Assembly (NCBI GenBank): GCA_021107435.1
Contig: JAIOSV010000060.1
Span: forward strand, 9,824-73,823
DNA: 64,000 nt
DNA from: Candidatus Sabulitectum sp.
Lineage (GTDB): Bacteria; Fermentibacterota; Fermentibacteria; Fermentibacterales; JCC-6
Direction of reading: 5' to 3'
Shown piece after piece: positions 35,560 to 44,465 of this stretch. The notes under the pieces were generated by a model that was not told the DNA's origin, ran no database searches, and was given only the letters and a program-made list of their open reading frames with translations. Position 1 is the first letter of the stretch; each line of letters starts with the position of its first letter. The translations under genes were made by a program, and so were the position numbers.

Positions 35560-37290
35560 TTGCCGATCAGTAATAAGATCGAAACCCTCCAGATGGAACT
35601 TGAGAAAATCCGCGTATCCGGTATTGACCCTGACCGGGAAGGACTTGTTGATCTCCTGGAACAGATAGAAATCCTGAGTAGAACAGATCCAGAAAATGCA
35701 TGCGTTCTGGCTGAGCAGACTCTGGCAATTTCCCGCAAATCAGGATTTGAGGTGGAATGCGCAAAGAGTCTAAGACTGATTGGTATTTCATACTCACAAA
35801 GGGGTGAATATGAAAAAGCTCTTGACAACAGCCTGAAAGCACTTGCAATCTATAACGGCACAGACGACTCAGCCGGGCTCTCAAGTACTCTCAACACCAT
35901 AGGGGTTATTTACAGGAATCGTGATGATTCCCACAAAGCGCTTGAGTACTATTCCAGATCTCTTGAAATCAGTGAGAAGATTGGAGATAAAAAACGAATT
36001 GCTACCACCACGAACAACATCGGTGTCATCTATCAAAGCCTGAATGAATGGGAAAGGGCACTGGAGTTCGCGGAGAAGTCACTGCAATCCTTCACCGAGC
36101 TTGGGAATGATCTTGGGATTGCCAGTTCCTGCAATAATGTAGGTACAATTCTCCAGTATCAGGGAGATCATTCTGCCGCAAAGGAATATTTCCTGAAAGC
36201 GTATGAGATACTTCAACGCATAGGGTATAAAACCGGCCTCTCAGCATCATGTAACAACTTGGGAGAGATGTATATGAGGCAGGAAGATTTCAAGAAGGCC
36301 GGGCACTATTTCCATCAGGCTCTTGAGGCGGCAATTGAAGCTGACGCAAAAGAGCGTATACTGTACTCATACGAATATCTTTCAAACCTGCACGAGACCA
36401 TGGGGGATTTCCGGACAGCACTTCAATACTACGAAAAATACAGCAATCTCAATCAGCAGGTATTCAGCGAGGAAAGCACAAGAAACATGATTCAGCTTCA
36501 GATCAAATTTGAAACAGAAAAGAAGAAGAAGGAAGCTGAAATCTACAGACTGAAAAACATCGAATTACGGAATGAGATATCCGAACGGATACACATTGAA
36601 GAGGTGTTGAGAAAGCACCAGGAACAACTGGAGGATCAGATCAATGACCGCACTGTTGAGCTAATAGACAGTTTTAACAAACTGGAACGCAGTTTTCAGG
36701 GATCAATAGTACTTATCTCAAAAATAACGGAACTGAGGGATCCCTATACATCAGGACACCAGATCAGGGTCGCAAAGCTGGCAAGTGCCATCGCTAAAGA
36801 ACTGAATCTCCCTGAGGAAAAAGTAGAAGCGATTAACATTGCAGCTCTTGTCCATGACATAGGAAAAATCAATATACCTCAGGAAATACTGAGCAAACCC
36901 GGCGTTCTGTCCAACCTTGAGATGAGAATGATACAGATACATCCAGAAGCCGGCTACAGCATTTTAAGTGAAATCAACTTCCCCTGGCCCATAGCTGAAA
37001 TCGTCAGGGAACACCATGAGCATTTTAACGGATCAGGTTATCCGCAGGGTCTGAAGGCTGACGAAATAATGATTGAAGCTCGAATCATCTGCGTCGCTGA
37101 TGTTCTTGAAGCCATGTCTTCTCACAGACCTTACAGACCAGTTCTGGGCCTGGATGAAGCGGTACGGGAAATAACCGAAAACGAAAATGTTCTGTATGAC
37201 GGGAATGTTGTAAATGCCTGCAGGACCGTAATAATTAACAAAGGATTCAGTTTCAGCTTTTCTACCGGGAAAGGAAACCCAGGCAGTTGA
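35560..37290 (+). CDS. TPR-repeat sensor (A2, paralogue of A1) fused to an HD-GYP c-di-GMP phosphodiesterase domain
   Basis: The TPR region is collinear with A1 (ACVLAEQTLAISRKSGF...GEYEKALDNSLKALAIY...). Linker QLQIKFETEKKKKEAEIYRLKNIEL. HD-GYP motifs HDIGKINIPQEIL and HHEHFNGSGYPQGL. Probable TTG start at 35560 after AAGGGGG. The ORF track opens at 35461. Confidence 0.85.
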   Translation: MPISNKIETLQMELEKIRVSGIDPDREGLVDLLEQIEILSRTDPENACVLAEQTLAISRKSGFEVECAKSLRLIGISYSQRGEYEKALDNSLKALAIYNGTDDSAGLSSTLNTIGVIYRNRDDSHKALEYYSRSLEISEKIGDKKRIATTTNNIGVIYQSLNEWERALEFAEKSLQSFTELGNDLGIASSCNNVGTILQYQGDHSAAKEYFLKAYEILQRIGYKTGLSASCNNLGEMYMRQEDFKKAGHYFHQALEAAIEADAKERILYSYEYLSNLHETMGDFRTALQYYEKYSNLNQQVFSEESTRNMIQLQIKFETEKKKKEAEIYRLKNIELRNEISERIHIEEVLRKHQEQLEDQINDRTVELIDSFNKLERSFQGSIVLISKITELRDPYTSGHQIRVAKLASAIAKELNLPEEKVEAINIAALVHDIGKINIPQEILSKPGVLSNLEMRMIQIHPEAGYSILSEINFPWPIAEIVREHHEHFNGSGYPQGLKADEIMIEARIICVADVLEAMSSHRPYRPVLGLDEAVREITENENVLYDGNVVNACRTVIINKGFSFSFSTGKGNPGS

Positions 37291-39107
37291 AAACGGAAGT
37301 TGCCGAACTCAAACAACGATTGAAAAAAATACGCTCCCGGCCTTCTACCGGGGAAACCGGCAGGGAAAGAGTTGACTTGCTGAATAAACTTGGGATGGCA
37401 TCGTACAGGTCCGATCCCCTTATGACTGATGTCTATGCCAGTGAAGCCATGGCTCTTTCAGCAGAAATCGGGTACAGGAAAGGCGAAGCAAGAAGTAATG
37501 CTGTATTCGGTATCGGTATCGCCTCCAGGGGAAAGTACTTCGAAAGCATGAAGTATTTCAATACCGCTCACGCAATCTATACTGAGCTGGATGACAAAAA
37601 AGGCCTTGCAGACACCTATACCAATGTCGGAATTATATACAGCGATCAGGGTAGACTTGATCTTGCGCTTGAGCATCACCTTAAAGCACTGGCAATTGAT
37701 GAGGCAATCAATGATAATGTCAGCCTTTCTCACTCCCTTAACTGTATTGGCGTTGTTTTCCGCAAACGCAATGATCTGGAGAAGGCAGAATATTACTACA
37801 TGAAAGCTCTCAAACTGAGGGAAATTACAGGGGATATCTCCGGACTGGCAATATCATACAACAACATAGGAATTCTGGCAAAAGAGCGCGGCAATCTGGA
37901 AGAAGCTCTGCAGCATTTCAACAGATCTCTGAAGCTGAAGGAAGATCTGGGTGACAAGCGGGGCATACTTGTTTCATACACAAATATAGGAGATATCCAC
38001 ACAAAACTGGAAGAATACACTGAGTCACTCGGATACTACAAGAAATCTCTGGCTATCGGAGAAGAAATCAGTGACGAGAAGAATTGTTGCGAAAACTGTA
38101 ACAAGATTGGCCATATTTTAACTCTACTTGGAGAGTATGAGAATGCCCTGGAATATCTTAAGCGGGGTTTACAGATTTCACTTGATATCGGAATGGGAAT
38201 CCTCGAAGCAAACAGCTATAGAAAGCTTTCTGATCTTTACAGATCAACAGGCGATTATGAAAAGGCTTTTAAGCACTACAAGAAGCACAGCATCCTGACA
38301 CGGGAAATCTTCGGCGAGAAAAGTGCCGAAACCATCAACAGATTGCAGATCAGGTATGAAACCGAAAAGAAGGAAAAAGAAGCGGAACTGTACTATCTGA
38401 GAAATGTAGAACTGCAGCGAGAGATAAATGAGAGAAAACAGGTCGAGAACCAGCTGACAGCCCACGAACATCTTCTAGAAGAGCGTGTAAGGAATCGTAC
38501 CGCCGAGCTTCAAAAAAGCTTAGGAAAACTGAAAAAGAGTGTAGCGGGAACTATTCGTACTCTGTCGAAAATTATTGAATCAAAGGATCCTTACACATCA
38601 GGTCATCAAATGAGAGTCGCGGAACTTTCCCGGCTGATCGCAATTGAAATGGGACTCACTGAAGAAAAGATTGAAGCCATATTCATGATCTCACTTGTTC
38701 ACGACATTGGTAAGATATGCATACCTCAGGAAATCCTCTCCCGATCCTGGAAACTCTCCCCGCTGGAGCAGGAAATAGTACAGACGCATCCTCAAACCGG
38801 ATACGATATACTTTCTGAAGTAGAGTTTCCCTGGCCGGTTGCAGAAGTGATCCTGCAGCATCATGAAACGCACAATGGTACAGGTTATCCCAATGGCCTT
38901 AAGCGTGAAGAGATCATGATTGAGGCAAGAATCATAGCTGTAGCTGATGTCGTGGAAGCCATGACATCACACCGTCCATACAGATCTATTCCCGGTCTTG
39001 AAAAAGCAATTGAAGAAATCTCAGTGAATTCCGGCAAGCTTTACGACCCGAATGTGGTTGATGCATGCAAAAACGTTATACGTAAAAAGGGTCTGCCTTT
39101 TCAATAA
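37287..39107 (+). CDS. TPR-repeat sensor (B2, paralogue of B1) fused to an HD-GYP domain
   Basis: The N-terminus MKTEVAELKQRLKKIRSRPSTGETGRERVDLLNKLGM closely matches B1 (MNKEVVALKHQLKKIRSRPPASETGRERVDLLNKLGM). HD-GYP motifs HDIGKICIPQEIL and HHETHNGTGYPNGL. The start overlaps the A2 stop (ATGA-type, 4 nt). Confidence 0.88.
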   Translation: MKTEVAELKQRLKKIRSRPSTGETGRERVDLLNKLGMASYRSDPLMTDVYASEAMALSAEIGYRKGEARSNAVFGIGIASRGKYFESMKYFNTAHAIYTELDDKKGLADTYTNVGIIYSDQGRLDLALEHHLKALAIDEAINDNVSLSHSLNCIGVVFRKRNDLEKAEYYYMKALKLREITGDISGLAISYNNIGILAKERGNLEEALQHFNRSLKLKEDLGDKRGILVSYTNIGDIHTKLEEYTESLGYYKKSLAIGEEISDEKNCCENCNKIGHILTLLGEYENALEYLKRGLQISLDIGMGILEANSYRKLSDLYRSTGDYEKAFKHYKKHSILTREIFGEKSAETINRLQIRYETEKKEKEAELYYLRNVELQREINERKQVENQLTAHEHLLEERVRNRTAELQKSLGKLKKSVAGTIRTLSKIIESKDPYTSGHQMRVAELSRLIAIEMGLTEEKIEAIFMISLVHDIGKICIPQEILSRSWKLSPLEQEIVQTHPQTGYDILSEVEFPWPVAEVILQHHETHNGTGYPNGLKREEIMIEARIIAVADVVEAMTSHRPYRSIPGLEKAIEEISVNSGKLYDPNVVDACKNVIRKKGLPFQ

Positions 39108-39171
39108 CGACAGACATCTCCTCCTCTGAATCTGTCCATCTGTTTTCCGCAGCCAGAGCAGTTCTCTTGAA

Positions 39172-39201
39172 TTGACGAGACCTTCTGCTCATCGGTATTA
39201 T
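39172..39201 (+). promoter_or_regulatory. Candidate promoter for the 39305 gene
   Basis: TTGACG (39172-39177), 18 nt spacer, TATTAT (39196-39201). Confidence 0.4.
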
Positions 39202-39304
39202 TCCGCTGTACTAAAGGTTACGGTGAATCGTAATTTATTGAATACTTTTTGGGCAAAGTATGACGTTCTGATACTAATCTGTTTTAACAAGAAGGAGAAT
39301 TGAA

Positions 39305-40174
39305 ATGGCAGGTTTTATCTGCATTGTATCGATTGTACTGCTTATTCTGATACCGGCAAGTGGTTTTGCGTCTGCGGACTGTCCGGTGCAGACTGGAGAA
39401 TCCGACGGAGGCACACTGATCGCAAGTATACCGGGACCCTCCGGGTGGTCAAATGTGTGGGGGGTCGCGTATCACGATATCCACAACAAGCTTTATATCG
39501 GAGGATGCCCGAATAGCGAAGTTGCTTATGGCAATTACTCCGGGGGAACAAGTGTATCCTGGACGGTTTTTGATACTGTTGAATCAGTCTGCGGCTTCGG
39601 ATGCTATGAGGATAATCTTCTCTTTGCATTGACCCAGCATGACCCAATGAATCCCGGACCGTTTTACCTCCATACCTGGAATCTTGATGCTTCCGGAATA
39701 CCGATGCTTCCAGCGGATGTTTACGAACTCGGCGCTCCGTTCACGGGAGCTATGGGCGGATGCGAATGGGATGGTGATTATCTGTGGATACTGGATCAGA
39801 ATTTTGTTGTAGACGACAACGCCATTATCTACAAGTATGATGTAACTGCACATTTAGTGGTAAACAGCTGGAGCTACAGCGAGCTGGGCGGCGTGGGTAT
39901 TGCCTGTGTATGGGACAACAGTGAACTCAAAATCTGGATAAGCGACTGGTACGGAGGCAGAAAGCTCATGGAGCAAACGGAATCCGGTGCTTCAACAGGT
40001 CTGAGCTACGACATTACTACCAGCCCTACAGATATCGCCTACAAATACGATACAGACTTTGATGGCCCCGGCTTCTTTGTCGGTAACCACGACGGAAATA
40101 CTTTAGATCTCTACGACCATACTCTGTCAGCTCTTGAACGCAGTTCATGGGCACAGATAAAATCATCTTTCTAA
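39305..40174 (+). CDS. Secreted protein of unknown function ending in LSALERSSWAQIKSSF
   Basis: AAGGAG RBS. Signal peptide MAGFICIVSIVLLILIPASGFASA. Repeat-rich, possibly a beta-propeller. Shares its C-terminal motif with the products of 16878-17468 and 24483-25352. Confidence 0.65.
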   Translation: MAGFICIVSIVLLILIPASGFASADCPVQTGESDGGTLIASIPGPSGWSNVWGVAYHDIHNKLYIGGCPNSEVAYGNYSGGTSVSWTVFDTVESVCGFGCYEDNLLFALTQHDPMNPGPFYLHTWNLDASGIPMLPADVYELGAPFTGAMGGCEWDGDYLWILDQNFVVDDNAIIYKYDVTAHLVVNSWSYSELGGVGIACVWDNSELKIWISDWYGGRKLMEQTESGASTGLSYDITTSPTDIAYKYDTDFDGPGFFVGNHDGNTLDLYDHTLSALERSSWAQIKSSF

Positions 40175-40186
40175 ACATTTTCGAAC

Positions 40187-40224
40187 AGGCTGCAGGTGTA
40201 CAAACACCCGCAGCCTTTCTTTTC
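40187..40224 (+). terminator. Intrinsic terminator after the 39305 gene (between convergent genes)
   Basis: AGGCTGCAGGTGT - ACAA - ACACCCGCAGCCT (13 bp with 1 mismatch), followed by TTCTTTTC. Confidence 0.65.
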
Positions 40225-40225
40225 A

Positions 40226-42382
40226 TTACCTCAGTACAACAAGTCTCGCGGAATCAGAATTTCCCGCATTTGTAATACCCCTGCAGAAGTAGATACCTGA
40301 AGGAGCAAGAGTGCCGGTATCATCCCTGCAATCCCAGGAAGCAACATGATTCCCCGGATTCATTAAGACATCGGCAATTACCGAGATTACTCTTCCGTGC
40401 ATGTCGTATACTTCAATTCTCACATCAACTGCCGACAGACCACCCACATAGAATGGAACTGAAGCAGAAACCGAACATGGGTTGGGATATATACTCTGAA
40501 TACAAAGCGGTGAAGCCCAATCAGATTCGGTCTGTTCAGCAATCCCTGTCTGATCAACATACAGATGGGCTGTGAGATCAACACGCTGTGTTACATTGAG
40601 AGATGACTCATTTGATAACATCGTACTGTACATCTCGTCGGAGGGAATAATGAAATCCGCACCTCCTGAACTGCTGTTCTCCGCTATCTCAAAAGCTTCG
40701 AACGGATCGCCCCCGGTGTAGTCCAGATAGCTGATCTCATCGCAGATGAAGAAGTCAACACTTCCCGGAGAATATGTTTCCGAGTAGATATCTCCATCAT
40801 CAAGGTTTGTTCCGTAGACTGTTTCACCCGAGGAGCTGTACTCAATTACAAGCCTGTAATCATCGGTGGGCGATCCCGGAGGTGAATCAGGTGAGATATC
40901 CAGCCAGGTTACCTCGCCGGAAAGTACTACATCCACCGTGTAGTGCTGACCTGTAACAGTTGATGTTGTAACTGTGTAGTTGCCTGAAGCCGGAAACGTT
41001 CCGACAGGACTGGTTACTTTAATATATAGAGGCCTGTTGTCACCAAAGAGATACTGACCGGAGCCTGAACTTCCCGTGTAATCCACAAGGCATCGCGGCC
41101 CGGGTGTTCCGTCGCTGTTAAGTATTATACAGGCACCGTCAACCGGGTTCCCGATATTATCGGTCACGTTCACTGTGAGTGTGCAAACATCAGTATATCG
41201 CTCAGTCACATTCCAGGTATAACCGTCTCCCCTCCAGTCAAACACAGAAGCCATATCCCAGCCCCAGCCGGGATCGTAAACCCTCGGGTCGTTAATGTGT
41301 GTTCCAACCGGCTCCCAGGCTATCCATTCCCTCTCCCAGAATTCGTTTGTCTTGTGGTCATTTCTATACATTACTGATACTGTCGCAGGTATAAGTGCTG
41401 TTCTTGTTGCAGCAGTTGTCATGTATGAATGAACACTGCAGGTTCCTTCATGCCAGTTGTATATCCTGACAGGCTGGTTGTGGTGAGGGTGAGAGTGGAA
41501 CCACATGACTTCGGTTACCCATGCGCTCAGGGCTCCGATAGCTCCGTTGTCAAGACTGTTCACATTGCAGTTCCACAGGGTTTTGCATGCTGAAAGGGAA
41601 TCTTTCAGCAGGGGATAACCGGAATCCGCGTGGTTGAACAGATAATCTCTCCAGAAAACCCCGGTGGGAGGAGCGGCATATGCCCCTGTGGCTGGATTTA
41701 TGTAATCCGGCCTTTCCCGGTGAATTTTGGGGTGAACAACGAACCAGTAGTAGATATCCTGCGGCAGTTCAAGACAAAGGGTATCCGGATCTTCATAAAC
41801 CTTATACTCGACTGTCGAATAGTAGTTACCGCCGCCGGATGAAGTTCCGTAATCTACTATGTCGGCGTAGTCAAGGAATTCATCCGTATCATACAGAAGC
41901 GACACATTGTAAGTGAGAATCTCCGGGTGAAAGCTGCTGCTGCCCAGCGTCTGCGGAGCTGTGTGAGCTATCTCAAAAGCAATTTCATCGACCCAGGGAT
42001 CAGATGCTCCCAGAATAATACCTGCATACAAATCCTGGTAAGAATCTGAAAGCCTGGAGAAGTTGTCCGCCAAATCGATCTGAAGCCACTCCGGTGCTTT
42101 CTCCACCGCATCATAAGCAAGATCTGTCAGTCCGCTCTCGGGAGGCTCAAAAGCAAGTGTTCCCGAGCTGTTCATGAAGGTGATTACACATTCCTCACCG
42201 GCAGGAATTCTAATCGAAGCGTTGATCGAATCCACAAGCACCCATTCATAGCCGTCAGGCAGTGGTTCGACTATCTCTCCAGTAGCAACTGCTTCTCCTG
42301 GCAGAAAAAGCAGAATCGTACAGGTGACGAAAGCAATTCTGAAGACTGCTGACATCACCTGAGTTTTTCTTCTATTGTTCAT
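40226..42382 (-). CDS. Secreted transglutaminase-like (papain-fold) protein with T9SS C-terminal sorting domain
   Basis: Signal peptide present. Transglutaminase-core-like Cys/His/Asp arrangement in HEGTCSVHSYMTTAATRTALIPATVSVMYRNDHKTNEFWEREWIAWEP. CTD: IYPNPCSVSASVPFYV...VRIEVYDMHGRVISVI...SGIYFCRG. Confidence 0.65.
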   Translation of the reverse strand: MNNRRKTQVMSAVFRIAFVTCTILLFLPGEAVATGEIVEPLPDGYEWVLVDSINASIRIPAGEECVITFMNSSGTLAFEPPESGLTDLAYDAVEKAPEWLQIDLADNFSRLSDSYQDLYAGIILGASDPWVDEIAFEIAHTAPQTLGSSSFHPEILTYNVSLLYDTDEFLDYADIVDYGTSSGGGNYYSTVEYKVYEDPDTLCLELPQDIYYWFVVHPKIHRERPDYINPATGAYAAPPTGVFWRDYLFNHADSGYPLLKDSLSACKTLWNCNVNSLDNGAIGALSAWVTEVMWFHSHPHHNQPVRIYNWHEGTCSVHSYMTTAATRTALIPATVSVMYRNDHKTNEFWEREWIAWEPVGTHINDPRVYDPGWGWDMASVFDWRGDGYTWNVTERYTDVCTLTVNVTDNIGNPVDGACIILNSDGTPGPRCLVDYTGSSGSGQYLFGDNRPLYIKVTSPVGTFPASGNYTVTTSTVTGQHYTVDVVLSGEVTWLDISPDSPPGSPTDDYRLVIEYSSSGETVYGTNLDDGDIYSETYSPGSVDFFICDEISYLDYTGGDPFEAFEIAENSSSGGADFIIPSDEMYSTMLSNESSLNVTQRVDLTAHLYVDQTGIAEQTESDWASPLCIQSIYPNPCSVSASVPFYVGGLSAVDVRIEVYDMHGRVISVIADVLMNPGNHVASWDCRDDTGTLAPSGIYFCRGITNAGNSDSARLVVLR

Positions 42383-44121
42383 CGGAGATAGACCATTCTG
42401 GATGTGTAGCTCGCGGATCCCGCGCTCAGGCGACAGATGTAAACTCCGTCAGGAATCTGATTGTCCGAGTTCGCTCCCCACACCACCGTGTTAGATCCAG
42501 CCAGTGCTGTACCGTCAACCAGAGTTTCCACGATTCTCCCGGAAAGATCAAAAATATCCAGTGTAGCCTGCATCTGTTCCGGAAGATTGAACGATATGAC
42601 TGTGGATCCTGAGAACGGATTCGGACTGCATGCGAGATTGCAGTTGAAGAATGATTGTTCTTCTTCAGCAATTATGCCTGTAAGAGGATTGCATGTGAAG
42701 GTAACCTCTCTTGTCGCAGCAGCTGGAAGAGGATCTTCAGTCTTGTTCCAGATGTGCAAAAGGGCAAAATTGTCTGTGACTACAACATCTTTGCAGTCAT
42801 GGCTTACCACAGTAATATCCTCCACCCTGAAAGGGAAAAGTACAATTGGTGATCTGTTTCCCCACTTGCTTGTATAGCCGGGACTTCCCTCTACATTCAT
42901 TGTGATTCTCACTGTGACTTCCCAGAGAGCACCTGAACTGTCAACGAGTACCTCTTCGGAGTAAAGCAGGTCATCGTATACCCCGACATCGGGAATTCTC
43001 GCCTCCATAGCCGGGTCTCCATACAATGCTGAACCGTTCAGATCAGGCGCGCCCGCGGCTCCCGGAGTCGCGTTGTATTTGTCGTAATAAAGGGCCTGAT
43101 TCCCAAGATAATATGCCTGTGGCCAGGTATAGTGCGCCTGTTGCGCAAAATACGCCTTGGTCCCGCCGTGTTGCTGACTTGCAGAGCCCTCATTAATAAT
43201 GTAACCTGTGTAGAAGTATGCTCCCGCAGTGTGAAGCCACCCTAATGCCATTGAGTTATAGTTAACTATCTTGCCAATCTGACAATTTCCCTGTCCAAAG
43301 AATATTTTGGGATTGGAAGAGTTTATTTCCAGTATATCAGTAGCATTATTGCGACCTACTGCCTGTACTCCAAGATAACCGTAGGATCTGAAAGTGCCTT
43401 CATCGCCAAGATCCGGATAATGCATCTGCCACTGGTAGTGGGCTCCGTGTCCACTGGTGACAAAAATATTCACGCTGTCGGCGTTCAGACAGCTGACAAG
43501 CCAATCCGTCCTGTCTGTAGGACCATCAGTATGCTGAACGGCGTCCGGTTCGTTTAAAGCCTTGGTGTAGTAGAGTCCGTAAGTACTTTCACTTGTGGAA
43601 ATACCCTGCGGATAGTGAGTAAGACCGCAACTGGTCGTTCCTCCCAGCATTGTAATAACATCAAATCCTTCAGGTCCGGTTGCGAGTCTCAGAGCATCGG
43701 ATGCGTAGTATCCGGTAATGATTCCCCATACTGCGTCTCCATATGGATCGCTGTCAAGCCCACGACCGAATTTCCATACAGTGTCCACAAATGTTGCTGT
43801 TGCATTGTTCCATTCACAGACGAATGCCATATAGTCAGGCGCATATGCTCCCACTTCATCCTGGATGTCGTAGATGCTGCCTGTGTAAACAAAGACCTGA
43901 GCAGGATACTTTGCTAAAAGGCTGTCAACCACCTCAACCCATTCAGGATCCTGGTATGTATCTTCCCTTACCACTACCGCATACCTGAAGGAACCTCTTT
44001 CCGCCTCCCACTGCGCCATAACCGGCGCAGCCGCGGCACACAGGATACACAAAAGCAGAAACATGCTGCTCATCTTAGTTGATTTCCTGAACAAACGCCC
44101 TGAACCCAAATAATTCCTCAT
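42379..44121 (-). CDS. Secreted gingipain/C25-like cysteine peptidase with T9SS C-terminal sorting domain
   Basis: Candidate catalytic motifs FVTSGHGAHYQW (His-Gly) and FFGQGNCQIGKI (Cys). CTD: SPNPFSGSTVISFNLPEQMQATLDIFDLSGRIVETL...DGVYICRL. ATG at 44121 with a GGGAGGG RBS. The ORF track opens at 44157. The stop overlaps the next gene's start. Confidence 0.55.
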   Translation of the reverse strand: MRNYLGSGRLFRKSTKMSSMFLLLCILCAAAAPVMAQWEAERGSFRYAVVVREDTYQDPEWVEVVDSLLAKYPAQVFVYTGSIYDIQDEVGAYAPDYMAFVCEWNNATATFVDTVWKFGRGLDSDPYGDAVWGIITGYYASDALRLATGPEGFDVITMLGGTTSCGLTHYPQGISTSESTYGLYYTKALNEPDAVQHTDGPTDRTDWLVSCLNADSVNIFVTSGHGAHYQWQMHYPDLGDEGTFRSYGYLGVQAVGRNNATDILEINSSNPKIFFGQGNCQIGKIVNYNSMALGWLHTAGAYFYTGYIINEGSASQQHGGTKAYFAQQAHYTWPQAYYLGNQALYYDKYNATPGAAGAPDLNGSALYGDPAMEARIPDVGVYDDLLYSEEVLVDSSGALWEVTVRITMNVEGSPGYTSKWGNRSPIVLFPFRVEDITVVSHDCKDVVVTDNFALLHIWNKTEDPLPAAATREVTFTCNPLTGIIAEEEQSFFNCNLACSPNPFSGSTVISFNLPEQMQATLDIFDLSGRIVETLVDGTALAGSNTVVWGANSDNQIPDGVYICRLSAGSASYTSRMVYLR

Positions 44122-44465
44122 AACGACCCTCCCAATCATGTTATGAAATAGCTTCAACTCTACCTGAATACAACCAACCGAAACATGGTAACTTCATTAT
44201 CAGAAGAGAAGAGGAATGTCAAGCCCTCTCCTGTTCTGTCAGCTACTGCCTGTCTCTATTTCAGTATTTGCTGAAATAGAATAACGCGTGTACATATTCG
44301 TGTCAAGTAGTCCGTCTTTCGCATGAACCGAATAGTGAATCAAATTCACACCATAATCAAGGCATGAGTTCTCAGTAATCAACTCCATGTTGTTGTACAT
44401 CCTCCTGGAACATGAAAGCCCCCGACCGATCCGGAGGCTTTCCAATTCGGTATCAGTTATACAGT

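Noticed and set aside
44255-44280. Perfect 10-bp hairpin (TCTATTTCAG-TATTTG-CTGAAATAGA), and a second hairpin at 44414-44442, in the gap between the metalloprotease and C25-like genes.
   Set aside because: Neither is followed by a U-tract on the transcribed (minus) strand, so I do not call them intrinsic terminators. They may be processing or regulatory structures, but nothing in the sequence alone supports a specific role.
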